Source of the DNA: Sphingomonas paucimobilis
GTDB taxonomy: Bacteria > Pseudomonadota > Alphaproteobacteria > Sphingomonadales > Sphingomonadaceae
Assembly: GCA_036946325.1 (NCBI GenBank)
Contig: JAQIJL010000001.1
Location: 1,578,630 to 1,642,629 of the forward strand
Direction of reading: 5' to 3'
Length of the DNA stretch: 64,000 nucleotides
Below the pieces are notes generated by a model. That model was not told the origin of the DNA and made no database searches. It saw only the letters and a list, made by a program, of their open reading frames with translations. Below, in pieces: positions 9,654 to 18,704 of the stretch. Within the stretch, counting starts at the first letter, position 1; every line of letters begins with the position of its first letter. The translations under genes and the position numbers were made by a program.

Positions 9654-10595
9654 CTACCGCGTCTCGAACTTGCGTACGCCCGGCCCCAGCCGGTTCGCGC
9701 CGACCGCCACCCCATCGCCGGTATAATCGGCAACGAATGCCGGGCTTTTCTCGACGCCCGGCGCAAGCCGCGCGTCATTGTCCTCGACCCGCAGCCCACG
9801 CGCCGGGAAGGTGTGCTTCTCCGCGCCGACGACGATGAACCCGGTCCAATTCTCCTTCGCCTTGCCCTGAACGAAGGTATTTCGCGCGATCAGCCCGGTG
9901 GCGCCCTCGGGCAGGTCGATCATGTAATTGGTCTTGTTGCCCCGGCTGTCGTCGAAGCTGGAATCGGTGATCTCGATCCGGGGCGCGCGGATCTTCACAT
10001 AATGGCCGCCGGTGCCGCGTTCGAAGCGCGAGCGGGTGATGGTGATCGACCCGTTATTGCCAAGATACACCGAATGCGAACAATCGGTGGTCTCGTCGCA
10101 TTGGCCGAGACCGGCGAACGTCGAGCGGTCGATACGGATGCGCTGCTGCCCCTCCGGATTGCCGCCGAGAATGCCTTCCTGGCTGTCGAGGAAGGTCGAG
10201 TTGGTGACCGTCAGGTCGCCAATTTCGGTGCGGATGCCCGCGCCATTGCCATCGGGCACGCGGATGCCGCGGAACACGATCCCGTCGACGGTCGATCGCC
10301 GCCCGCGCAGCACGAATGTCGCCTTCTCCTCGCACGCGCCGCCATCGAATATGACCGTGCCCGGCGTGCGGGCGCGATAGGTGATGTCGCCGCCGGTCTG
10401 CACCGTGCAGTCGCGATAGGTCCCCGGCGCGATCAGGATCGTCGCGGTGCCGTCGCGCACCGCGGTCACCGCCGCGTCGATCGTTGCGAACCCTTCGCCC
10501 GTCTGTTCGATCACGAACGGTGCGGTACGCTGCTGCGCGGGCAGCGGCGCGGCCAGCAACACCAGCGCGAGGGGCAGGAAATGACGAGCGTGCAT
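9654..10595 (-). CDS. Secreted right-handed parallel beta-helix protein (polysaccharide lyase-like fold)
   Basis: Signal peptide MHARHFLPLAL and repeated ITxxxSxF beta-helix rungs. Motifs GNGAGIR, SHSVY, GHYVKIRA. Start position approximate. Confidence 0.7.
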   Translation of the reverse strand: MHARHFLPLALVLLAAPLPAQQRTAPFVIEQTGEGFATIDAAVTAVRDGTATILIAPGTYRDCTVQTGGDITYRARTPGTVIFDGGACEEKATFVLRGRRSTVDGIVFRGIRVPDGNGAGIRTEIGDLTVTNSTFLDSQEGILGGNPEGQQRIRIDRSTFAGLGQCDETTDCSHSVYLGNNGSITITRSRFERGTGGHYVKIRAPRIEITDSSFDDSRGNKTNYMIDLPEGATGLIARNTFVQGKAKENWTGFIVVGAEKHTFPARGLRVEDNDARLAPGVEKSPAFVADYTGDGVAVGANRLGPGVRKFETR

Positions 10596-10683
10596 CGGCC
10601 GGTCCTTTGTCGGTTCCGGCATCGACATGCGCCAGCAAGGCCCCGCGCGAAAGGGGGCAAAAGCGTCCCGGCGCGGTACGCGC

Positions 10684-10962
10684 TCAGACGTTCAGCCGCG
10701 CGCGCATTTCCTTGCCGGGCTTGAAATAGGGAACGCGTTTCGCATCCACCTCGACCGCTTCGCCGGTGCGCGGGTTGCGGCCGGTGCGGGCATCGCGCGC
10801 GCGGGTGGAGAAGGCGCCGAAGCCACGCAGTTCGACCCGGCCGCCGCTGCGCAGCTGCTCGGTCAGCGCGTCGAAAAAGGTCGCGACGATCCGCTCGACG
10901 TCCCGCAACGGCAATTCGGGATTATCCTGGGCCAGTAGCTGAACCAGTTCGGATCGGATCAT
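10684..10962 (-). CDS. ihfB: Integration host factor beta subunit
   Basis: [36 protein letters not shown]. Lies downstream of rpsA. Confidence 0.96.
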   Translation of the reverse strand: MIRSELVQLLAQDNPELPLRDVERIVATFFDALTEQLRSGGRVELRGFGAFSTRARDARTGRNPRTGEAVEVDAKRVPYFKPGKEMRARLNV

Positions 10963-11070
10963 CTTTTCCCCCGCCAAATCAAAACCATGCCCGGGAACGG
11001 TCCATCCCGCGCATTTCGTTGCCTTAACCTATATCTATCGTCCGTCACAATCCGCCATTCGAATGAACGC

Positions 11071-11104
11071 AAAAACGGGGCGCTCCATGTCTGGAGCGCC
11101 CCGT
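11071..11104 (-). terminator. Rho-independent terminator of rpsA
   Basis: Perfect 13-bp stem acggggcgctcca/tggagcgccccgt with a 4-nt loop, followed by a U-run on the minus strand. Confidence 0.85.
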
Positions 11105-11135
11105 CCCTGTTCCACCAGTCTGGCGGCGTTACGGC

Positions 11136-12839
11136 TTACTTCTGTTCGCCGCGCGCCTTCAGCGCTTCGCCCAGAATGTCGCCCAGCGACGCGCCCGAGT
11201 CGGACGAACCGTACTGCGCAACGGCCTGCTTCTCTTCGGCGATCTGCATCGCCTTGATCGAGAAGGTCGGCTTCTTCGAACGATCGAAGCCGGTGACCAT
11301 CGCGTCGAACTTCTGGCCGACCTGGAAACGCTCCGGACGCTGTTCGTCGCGGTCGCGGCCGAGGTCGGTGCGCTTGATGAAGCCGGTCGCGCCATCGTCG
11401 CCCTGCTGCACTTCGAGGCCCGCGTCGCGGACTTCGAGCACGGTCACGGTGACGACTGCGTTCTTGTTCAGGCGATCACCCGCCTGTGCGGCGACCGGTC
11501 CACCACGCTCCAGCTGCTTCATGCCGAGCGAGATGCGCTCCTTGTCCGGCTCGACCGCCAGCACGACGGCCTGAACCGTCTCGCCCTTGCGGTGCAGGTT
11601 GAGCGCGTCTTCGCCCGATATGCCCCAGGCGATGTCCGACATGTGGACCATGCCATCGACGTCGCCGTCCAGACCGATGAACAGGCCGAATTCGGTCGCG
11701 TTCTTGACTTCGCCCTCGACGGTCGAACCGACGGGGTGATCTTCCGCGAACTTCTCCCACGGATTCGCCTGTGCCTGCTTGAGGCCCAGCGAAATGCGGC
11801 GCTTGTCCTGATCGACTTCGAGGACGATCACGTCGACTTCCTGCGAAGTCGAGACGATCTTGCCCGGATGGACGTTCTTCTTGGTCCAGCTCATTTCCGA
11901 AACGTGGACCAGACCTTCGATGCCCGGCTCCAGTTCGACGAACGCACCATATTCGGTGATGTTCGTGACGCGGCCCGACAGCTTCGCGCCGACCGGATAC
12001 TTGGCACCGGCGCCATCCCACGGATCGCTCTCAAGCTGCTTCATGCCGAGCGAGATGCGCTGCGTGTCGCGGTTGATGCGGATGATCTGAACGCGAACGG
12101 TGTCGCCGATGTTCAGTACTTCCGACGGGTGACCGACGCGCTTGTACGACAGGTCGGTGACGTGCAGCAGGCCGTCAATGCCGCCCAGGTCGACGAACGC
12201 ACCGTAATCGGTGATGTTCTTGACGACGCCGTCGATCACCTGACCTTCGGCCAGGCTCTGGATCAGGCCCGAACGCTGCTCGGCGCGGGTCTCTTCCAGT
12301 ACCGCGCGACGCGACACGACGATGTTGCCGCGCTTGCGGTCCATCTTCAGGATCTGGAACGGCTGCGGGATGTCCATCAGCGGGGTCACGTCACGCACCG
12401 GACGGATATCGACCTGCGAACCCGGCAGGAACGCCACGGCGCCCGACAGGTCGACGGTGAAGCCGCCCTTGACGCGACCGAAGATGACGCCTTCGACGCG
12501 CGCGGTCTTGGCGAATTCGGTTTCCAGCTTGTCCCATGCGGCTTCGCGACGGGCGCGGTCGCGGCTCAGCATCGCTTCGCCGTTCGCATTCTCGACGCGG
12601 TCGACATAGACTTCGACTTCGTCACCGACCTTCAGATCGGCCTTCTGGCCCGGCGCCGCGAATTCGCGCAGCGGCACGCGGCCTTCCGACTTCAGACCGA
12701 CGTCGATGACCGCCAGGTCGTTCTCGATGCCGGTGACGGTGCCGATGACGACGCGGCCTTCGAAGCTTTCCGAAGCACCGAACATGTCGTCGAGCATCGA
12801 CGCGAAATCGTCACGGGTGGGATTTGCCATGCTGGCCAT
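11136..12839 (-). CDS. rpsA: 30S ribosomal protein S1
   Basis: Six S1 repeats (VKNITDYGAFVDL, ITEYGAFVEL, ATEFGLFI) and SLGDIL tail. Start at 12839 or 12830. Confidence 0.98.
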   Translation of the reverse strand: MASMANPTRDDFASMLDDMFGASESFEGRVVIGTVTGIENDLAVIDVGLKSEGRVPLREFAAPGQKADLKVGDEVEVYVDRVENANGEAMLSRDRARREAAWDKLETEFAKTARVEGVIFGRVKGGFTVDLSGAVAFLPGSQVDIRPVRDVTPLMDIPQPFQILKMDRKRGNIVVSRRAVLEETRAEQRSGLIQSLAEGQVIDGVVKNITDYGAFVDLGGIDGLLHVTDLSYKRVGHPSEVLNIGDTVRVQIIRINRDTQRISLGMKQLESDPWDGAGAKYPVGAKLSGRVTNITEYGAFVELEPGIEGLVHVSEMSWTKKNVHPGKIVSTSQEVDVIVLEVDQDKRRISLGLKQAQANPWEKFAEDHPVGSTVEGEVKNATEFGLFIGLDGDVDGMVHMSDIAWGISGEDALNLHRKGETVQAVVLAVEPDKERISLGMKQLERGGPVAAQAGDRLNKNAVVTVTVLEVRDAGLEVQQGDDGATGFIKRTDLGRDRDEQRPERFQVGQKFDAMVTGFDRSKKPTFSIKAMQIAEEKQAVAQYGSSDSGASLGDILGEALKARGEQK

Positions 12840-13102
12840 ATAACTCTTGGTTCCTAAACGTATCTGTTTCCGGCCGGCCGGTTGTCTCCGGCGGTCTTTG
12901 ACCGGCATTGCCGCATGCGCCGAATACGACACGCGGCATCCGGCGACCATGTCGTCACGAAAGGCATGCCCCGGCTGTGCGGAAAGGACGCGTGACGCCC
13001 GGCCTTCGCGAGTCTGTGCTCGTCGAACCGGCGCGCCATACGCCTTTTGGGCGGCGCGCGCAACGGTTGGCAGCGCGGCGTCGGAGGCAAAAGAAGGGTT
13101 GG

Positions 13103-13353
13103 TTCACGCGAAGGCGCGAAGACGCGGAGGAGAAAAGGAAGATGGTTTTCGCGCAGAGGCGCGGAGAGCGCGGAGAGAGTTTCGTGCGGGGCAGCCTTCT
13201 GCCGCGTCAGCGGCTGTCATCCATCGTTGCCGCGAAGTTTTGAGGCTTCGCCGGGAACGCATCTGCCGTCCTGTCCGCAACCTCTCTGCGCCTCTGCGCC
13301 TCTGCGCGAAATCTACCTACTTCTTCCTTCGCGTCTCCGCGCCTTCGCGTGAA
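13103..13353. repeat. Doubly nested inverted-repeat element built from short tandem units
   Basis: Outer arms 13103-13130 and 13326-13353 are 26/28 complementary. Inner arms are about 13147-13179 and 13282-13311. Confidence 0.85.
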
Positions 13354-13360
13354 AACCAGA

Positions 13361-15037
13361 TCAACCCCGCCGTCCCGGCCGATACGGCTTGGCGGCATGG
13401 CGCGGCGGCGCGCCGTTCGTGCGACGCTGCGGAGCGGCCGGCGGACCCGACATCTGTTCGAACATCAGATCGTCGTCGGGCGTCGCCGTCCGCTTGACCG
13501 ACGCGATGAACTTGCCCGCGATCGCCTTGGGAATTTCGAAGGCGGATTCGTCGTTCGCGATGCGGATCGCGCCGATCTCGCCCTTCGTGATGTGCCCGCG
13601 ACGGCACAGCAACGGCAGCAGCCAGCGCGGATCGGCATTGTGGCGCCGGCCGACATTCATGCGGAACCAGACGGTATCCTCGAACCCCGGACGCGGCCCT
13701 TCCTGGCGCTCGCGTCGTTCGGGCATGCCGCCTGCCGACAATTCCTCGGGCGCAGGCAGCTTGGCGCGATAGGCGCGGACCAGCAGCGCGGCGATGTCTT
13801 CCGGGGTCTTTTCGGCGAGCAGGCGCGCGCCCAGTTCGACATCGGCCTCGTCGAATTCGACCGGCTCGGCCAGCTTGGCGAGCAGGCGTTCGCGATCCGC
13901 CGCGTGAATCTGTTCCGGCGTCGGCACGCCGATCCATTCGGCGTTGATCTTCGCATCGCGCAGCAGCCCTTCGACGCGGCGACGGCGCTGATAGGGCACG
14001 ATCAGCGCGGCGATGCCCTTCTTGCCCGCCCGCCCGGTACGGCCCGAACGGTGCTGGAGCGCTTCGGCGTCGCGCGGCAGTTCGACGTGCACGACGAGGC
14101 TCAGCGACGGCAGATCGATGCCGCGCGCGGCGACGTCGGTCGCGACGCAGACGCGGGCACGACGATCGCGAAGGGCTTGCAGCGCATGGTTGCGCTCCGA
14201 CTGCGAATGCTCGCCCGACAGCGCGACGGCGTCGAAACCGCGCTCGACCAGATTGGCGTGCAGATGCCGCACCGCCTCGCGCGTCGCGCAGAACAGGAAC
14301 GCGGTGTCCGGCTCGTGCAGGCGCAGCAGGTTGACGACCGCATTCTCGATATCGTTCGGCGCGACGGTCATCGCCTGATAGCTGATGTCGCCATGGCCCC
14401 GCTCCGCCTCGCGCGTGTCGATGCGGAACGCGTCCTTCTGGTAACGCTTGGCCAGCGCCACGATCGGCTTGGCGAGCGTTGCCGAGAACAGCAGCGTGCG
14501 GCGTTCGGCCGGGGTGCCGTCGAGGATACCTTCGAGATCCTCGCGGAAGCCCATGTCGAGCATCTCGTCGGCTTCGTCGAGGATCGCGACCTTCAGCCCC
14601 GACAGGTCGAGCGCCCCGCGTTCGAGGTGATCGCGCAGACGCCCCGGCGTGCCGACGACGATATGCGCGCCATGGCTCAGGTTGCGGCGCTCGCGCGCGG
14701 CGTCCATGCCGCCGACGCACGACACGATGCGGGCGCCGGTCGGGCCGTACAGCCACAGCAGCTCGCGGGCGACCTGCAACGCCAGTTCGCGGGTCGGCGC
14801 GATGGCCAGCGCCAGCGGCGTGCCGGCGCGCGGCATCTTGTCCTCGGCATCGAGCAGGTCGCGCGCCATGGCGAGACCGAAGGCGACGGTCTTGCCCGAT
14901 CCGGTCTGCGCGGACACCAGCAGGTCGCGGCCCTCGGCTTCGGGCGTCAGGACGGCCGCCTGGACGGCGGTCGGGGCTTCATAGCCACGCGCGGAAAGCG
15001 CCGCGGCGAGCGGTTCGGGTAACGTCGAAAAAGGCAT
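13361..15037 (-). CDS. DEAD-box RNA helicase with DbpA-type RNA-binding C-domain (DeaD/CsdA-like)
   Basis: AQTGSGKT, PTRELA, GTPGR, LDEADEM, SAT, HRSGRTGRAG. C-terminal WFRMNVGRRHNADP. Confidence 0.95.
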   Translation of the reverse strand: MPFSTLPEPLAAALSARGYEAPTAVQAAVLTPEAEGRDLLVSAQTGSGKTVAFGLAMARDLLDAEDKMPRAGTPLALAIAPTRELALQVARELLWLYGPTGARIVSCVGGMDAARERRNLSHGAHIVVGTPGRLRDHLERGALDLSGLKVAILDEADEMLDMGFREDLEGILDGTPAERRTLLFSATLAKPIVALAKRYQKDAFRIDTREAERGHGDISYQAMTVAPNDIENAVVNLLRLHEPDTAFLFCATREAVRHLHANLVERGFDAVALSGEHSQSERNHALQALRDRRARVCVATDVAARGIDLPSLSLVVHVELPRDAEALQHRSGRTGRAGKKGIAALIVPYQRRRRVEGLLRDAKINAEWIGVPTPEQIHAADRERLLAKLAEPVEFDEADVELGARLLAEKTPEDIAALLVRAYRAKLPAPEELSAGGMPERRERQEGPRPGFEDTVWFRMNVGRRHNADPRWLLPLLCRRGHITKGEIGAIRIANDESAFEIPKAIAGKFIASVKRTATPDDDLMFEQMSGPPAAPQRRTNGAPPRHAAKPYRPGRRG

Positions 15038-15203
15038 AGGGCGCCAAATGGCCCCAAATTGCGGCCACGGCAAGGCCGGGCGTATCGTTTACCATGCAAC
15101 CGATACGCGAATTTGGCAAAAGATTTTCATTTGTCGGCTTCCGTACCGCGACATTGCCGGCCGGTGGCCCCTTTCCCACATCGGTTGCGAAAGGACTCGT
15201 CCC

Positions 15204-15689
15204 ATGTCGATCGATCGCCGTCGCCTGCTCGAACTGACCGGAATGTCCGCGCTCGCCGCGCTGATCGGCTGCGCTCCGGAGGCGAGCGAGGCTGCCCAGA
15301 CCTTCCCGTTCCGGCTGACCGATGCGCAGTGGAAGGCGCGCCTGACCCCCGCGCAATATAATGTGTTGCGGCAGGAAGGGACCGAACGCCCGTATAGCAG
15401 CCCGCTGAACGACGAAAAGCGCAAGGGCGTGTTTGCCTGCGCCGGGTGCAGCCAGCCGCTGTTCCTGTCGACGACCAAGTTCGAAAGCGGCACCGGCTGG
15501 CCCAGCTTCTATGCGCCGCGCCCCGGTGCGGTCGTCGACCGGACCGACCGGTCGCTGATGATGACGCGGACCGAGACATTGTGCAGCCGCTGCGGCGGGC
15601 ATCTCGGCCATGTGTTCGACGACGGACCGCGCCCGACCGGCAAGCGCTATTGCATGAACGGCGTGGCGATGACGTTCCGCCCCGCCTGA
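15204..15689 (+). CDS. msrB: Peptide-methionine (R)-S-oxide reductase with Tat/lipoprotein-like signal
   Basis: GTERP, KFESGTGWPSF, CGGHLGHVFDDGP, RYCMNG. N-terminus IDRRRLL...LIGC. Confidence 0.95.
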   Translation: MSIDRRRLLELTGMSALAALIGCAPEASEAAQTFPFRLTDAQWKARLTPAQYNVLRQEGTERPYSSPLNDEKRKGVFACAGCSQPLFLSTTKFESGTGWPSFYAPRPGAVVDRTDRSLMMTRTETLCSRCGGHLGHVFDDGPRPTGKRYCMNGVAMTFRPA

Positions 15690-15694
15690 ACCGC

Positions 15695-15730
15695 AAAAGG
15701 CCCGCCGCACTCCGGATGCGACGGGCCTTT
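15695..15730. terminator. Bidirectional terminator between msrB and the CHAP gene
   Basis: aaaaggcccg-cgca...tgcg-cgggccttt hairpin with A/T runs on both sides. Confidence 0.8.
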
Positions 15731-15754
15731 CGGCGATTGCGTGGGATGAACCGA

Positions 15755-16333
15755 TCAGTCGTTGAGCGCGACGACCATGCGGGCATGGGCCGGCTGGCTG
15801 CTGGCGCCGCCCTGCACCGGAGCCGGCGGGTCGGTCTTCACGATGACCAGCGGCGCGTCCAGTTCGCTGCCGCGCACGGCATGCTTGGCATAGATGAAGC
15901 CGTTGGCGGGATAGGCCGAGGTGCCGAGGCCGCCGACCGGGCCGTACCACACCTTCACTTCACTCCAGTCGCCCGCCGACGACACGTCGATCGCGCGGAC
16001 ATCGCGCTCGATCCCGCCGCGGCGCGACCAGTTGGCGTGGGTCAGCAGCACTTCGCGGTCGCTGACGACCTTTGACACCATCGCGACATGGCCGAGGCGC
16101 ATCCGCGAGGTCGCGGCGAAGGACAGGACCGCGCCTTCCTTCGGCGCATGGCCGCGTTCGTACTTGCCGGCGGCCTGACCCCACCAGGTATGGGCGTTGC
16201 CGAAGATTTCGACGCCCGAAATCTCGCGGGCATAGGGGGCGCACTGCCAGAACCGGGCCTGTGCCGGAGCCACCATCGCCAGAGCGCACGAAACCACCAG
16301 CGCGAAACGCGCTGCAACAGCACCAAACTTCAT
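15755..16333 (-). CDS. Secreted CHAP-domain amidase/peptidase
   Basis: Signal peptide MKFGAVAARF. Motifs WQCAPYAR, GNAHTWW, GHVAMV, THANW. Confidence 0.9.
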   Translation of the reverse strand: MKFGAVAARFALVVSCALAMVAPAQARFWQCAPYAREISGVEIFGNAHTWWGQAAGKYERGHAPKEGAVLSFAATSRMRLGHVAMVSKVVSDREVLLTHANWSRRGGIERDVRAIDVSSAGDWSEVKVWYGPVGGLGTSAYPANGFIYAKHAVRGSELDAPLVIVKTDPPAPVQGGASSQPAHARMVVALND

Positions 16334-16415
16334 CTGACCCCCACGGCCCCACGAATGTCGTGAGCGGCATGAAGCAGGGTTTGCCGGCGACGAAAAGCCC
16401 GGCAACGGTCGATCG

Positions 16416-16440
16416 GGAACCAATTCCGACGAACCGTGTT
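16416..16440 (+). promoter_or_regulatory. Putative sigma-EcfG (general stress response) promoter
   Basis: GGAAC-caattccgacgaaccgt-GTT, exact N17 spacing, intergenic. Confidence 0.55.
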
Positions 16441-16673
16441 TGCGCGGCGATGACTGGCGGATGAACCGTGGAACGCCAGCCGTTTTGCTCCCCCCGCGCC
16501 TCGACCTGTCGCCGGCCTCGGATGCGACGAACCGCGTCACGTCGTTGTTGCAATGCAGCACCGAACCTGTTCGGATATGTCGTCAATCGGAGGTGCCGTG
16601 TTCCGTTCAGCAAGCCGTTAACTATTATTCGGCATTATTCGGTTGGTTGTAATCTTGGGCGGGGAGTTCAGAG

Positions 16674-17225
16674 ATGGCGATTGCACGCAGGCCGGCCGAA
16701 GGCGCGATGACGCTGGCGGAAATGAAGGAGTTCGCGACCTTTTCGTCGGCGACGCAGCGGTACATCCGCCGCTCGCTCGACATCGGGCTGGATCGCGACG
16801 ATGCGATGCGCCGCTGGTCGCGCGACGTGGTGGAGGCCGCCAGCATCCGTGCGCAGGCCCGCATCTATGACCGCCTGCCCGACATCCGCGCCTGCATTCC
16901 CGAAGACAGCGGCCTCGACGCGATCGAACCGTTCATGACGCCGCTGCTGACGGTGACCGCGTTCGATCTGGGCCAGGGGCGGCTGACGACCTTCGGCGCC
17001 TATCGCTTCCTGTACGAACGGCTGGTCGGGCCGGAGGCACGGCCGTGGCTGCCCGCCGCCTTCTGCGCCTCCGCCGCGCTTCCACATCTGCATCCCGAAC
17101 TGCGCCGCAAACTCCTCCAATCGCTCAGCGAAGCGGCGGCGACCGCTTCGGGCTGGTCGATGCGGCAACCGGCCTTCTATCCGGCATGGGTCGAAAAGGT
17201 CGAAGCCGGCGCGCCGATGCATTGA
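16674..17225 (+). CDS. Hypothetical protein (183 aa, or start at 16707)
   Basis: GGGGAG RBS upstream, protein-like composition, fills the gap between CHAP and extensin-like genes. Confidence 0.8.
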   Translation: MAIARRPAEGAMTLAEMKEFATFSSATQRYIRRSLDIGLDRDDAMRRWSRDVVEAASIRAQARIYDRLPDIRACIPEDSGLDAIEPFMTPLLTVTAFDLGQGRLTTFGAYRFLYERLVGPEARPWLPAAFCASAALPHLHPELRRKLLQSLSEAAATASGWSMRQPAFYPAWVEKVEAGAPMH

Positions 17226-17256
17226 GATGCTTTGACAGGCGGCGGAGCTGGCGGGG

Positions 17257-17994
17257 TCAGCGACAGGCCCCGCCGAACCCGCGTGTTGCCTGATCGAAGT
17301 GGAAATGGTCGCGATGTGCGGCGTTGTAATCGGGCGACAGCACCGTTGAGAACACGCCGCAGGCCCCATCGCGCACCTCGCGCAGGAACGCCGCCTTCGC
17401 CGCATCGTCGCGGCCCTGCCCCGCCGTCCAGTCGCCCACGACGCTGACCCGCCGCCCGTCGCGCAACACGAACGCGGCGATGTCGAGCGCATTGGCCGTC
17501 GCATGCTCACTGAACGCACCGGTATCGCGCCCGTACATGCGGCGGCAGTTATAGCTGCCGAAATTCTCGATCCGGGCTACGGGCACGCCGAAATGCTTCT
17601 GCGCGGCGGGCTGCACGATCTGCCACTCCCATAATGCCATCCCCGTCGCGACCCGGCACGACACGCCGACATCGGGCGTGATGGCGATGGTGCGCGATCC
17701 GCCGCCGCGCATCCGCACCGCGTCGTCATAGCCGCATTGCCCCGCCCCATCGCGTGGCGGCAGCGCGGTGTATCTTACCCCCGCCGCATCCAGCAGCGCG
17801 CGGCACCCGGCGAAACCGCCGGCCAGATCGCCGATCTTGCTGCGCGTGAACATGCCGACCGGCTGCGACAGGTCGAGCGGCGTCCATGGCACGTCCTGCG
17901 GTCGACTGCGGGAAAAGGCATATAAAGCGAAGGCGATCGCGGCGAGGACGGCAAGCCAAACCAACGTGCGGATGCCGGCCGACAGCGCCTTCAT
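17257..17994 (-). CDS. Extensin-like C-terminal domain protein (M15/LAS metallopeptidase-like motifs)
   Basis: N-terminal TM helix, GSYNCR, SEHATANALD (H-x6-D), HRDHFHFD. Confidence 0.85.
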   Translation of the reverse strand: MKALSAGIRTLVWLAVLAAIAFALYAFSRSRPQDVPWTPLDLSQPVGMFTRSKIGDLAGGFAGCRALLDAAGVRYTALPPRDGAGQCGYDDAVRMRGGGSRTIAITPDVGVSCRVATGMALWEWQIVQPAAQKHFGVPVARIENFGSYNCRRMYGRDTGAFSEHATANALDIAAFVLRDGRRVSVVGDWTAGQGRDDAAKAAFLREVRDGACGVFSTVLSPDYNAAHRDHFHFDQATRGFGGACR

Positions 17995-18704
17995 GCGCGC
18001 ACCGCCCGGTTCGTCGGCTCGGCCGTGACCGGGTAGCCGAGGTCGTCGGGAATGCAGATACAGCGCTCGCCGTCCCGCTTCTCGATCCACGGCGTGATCG
18101 TCCGCACCGGCCAGCGCGCCGCATCCGCCAGCACATCGGCGACAGCGTCATGCTGCGCCAGTCGCTCCAGCACCCGGCGGGTCGGGAACAACAAAGTCGC
18201 CTCCCCCCGGTCGGCCATCGCCAGCGCGTCGCCGGCGGTGGTCCAGAGTGTGCGGACATTCTCGGTCGCATCCACCTGCGCCGGCGGCGCGGTTGCCGGC
18301 AGCCGGGCAACGTAGAACCAGGTATCGAACACCCGCGACGGCATATGGCTGGGCCGCCACCGGGCATAGGGGATCAGCGGAGACGGATCGACCGGCGCCA
18401 GTGCGGCGATCGGTGCACCATCCGCCAATTCCGCGCGCATCGCCGCCACGTCGCCGTCGATGCCGATCGCGATGCCCGCTTCCTCGATCGTCTCGCGAAT
18501 CGCGGCCAGTCGCGGCGCAAGATCATCGTCACCCATCGCCAGCGCCAACGCCCGGTCGCCGGGGTCGATCCGTCCGCCGGGAAATACCAGCGCGCCACCG
18601 GCAAAGGCCATCGCCGCAGCCCGCTCGACCATCAATATTTCCGGCGGCCCCACGGTGCGGTCGCGCAACAGGATCAAGGTGGCGGCGGGAATCGCGGTCG
18701 TCAT
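17991..18704 (-). CDS. NUDIX hydrolase (NUDT19-like)
   Basis: ATLILLRD, VFPGGRIDPGD, AIRETIEEAG. The start overlaps the peptidase stop. Confidence 0.88.
   Translation of the reverse strand: MTTAIPAATLILLRDRTVGPPEILMVERAAAMAFAGGALVFPGGRIDPGDRALALAMGDDDLAPRLAAIRETIEEAGIAIGIDGDVAAMRAELADGAPIAALAPVDPSPLIPYARWRPSHMPSRVFDTWFYVARLPATAPPAQVDATENVRTLWTTAGDALAMADRGEATLLFPTRRVLERLAQHDAVADVLADAARWPVRTITPWIEKRDGERCICIPDDLGYPVTAEPTNRAVRA

Noticed and set aside
10995-11025. GGAAC...CGTT near ihfB
   Set aside because: Spacing is two bases too long and no plus-strand gene follows.
12840-13100. rpsA leader as a defined autoregulatory RNA or a small gene
   Set aside because: Some hairpin potential, but I recognise no family and the ORFs there look non-coding.
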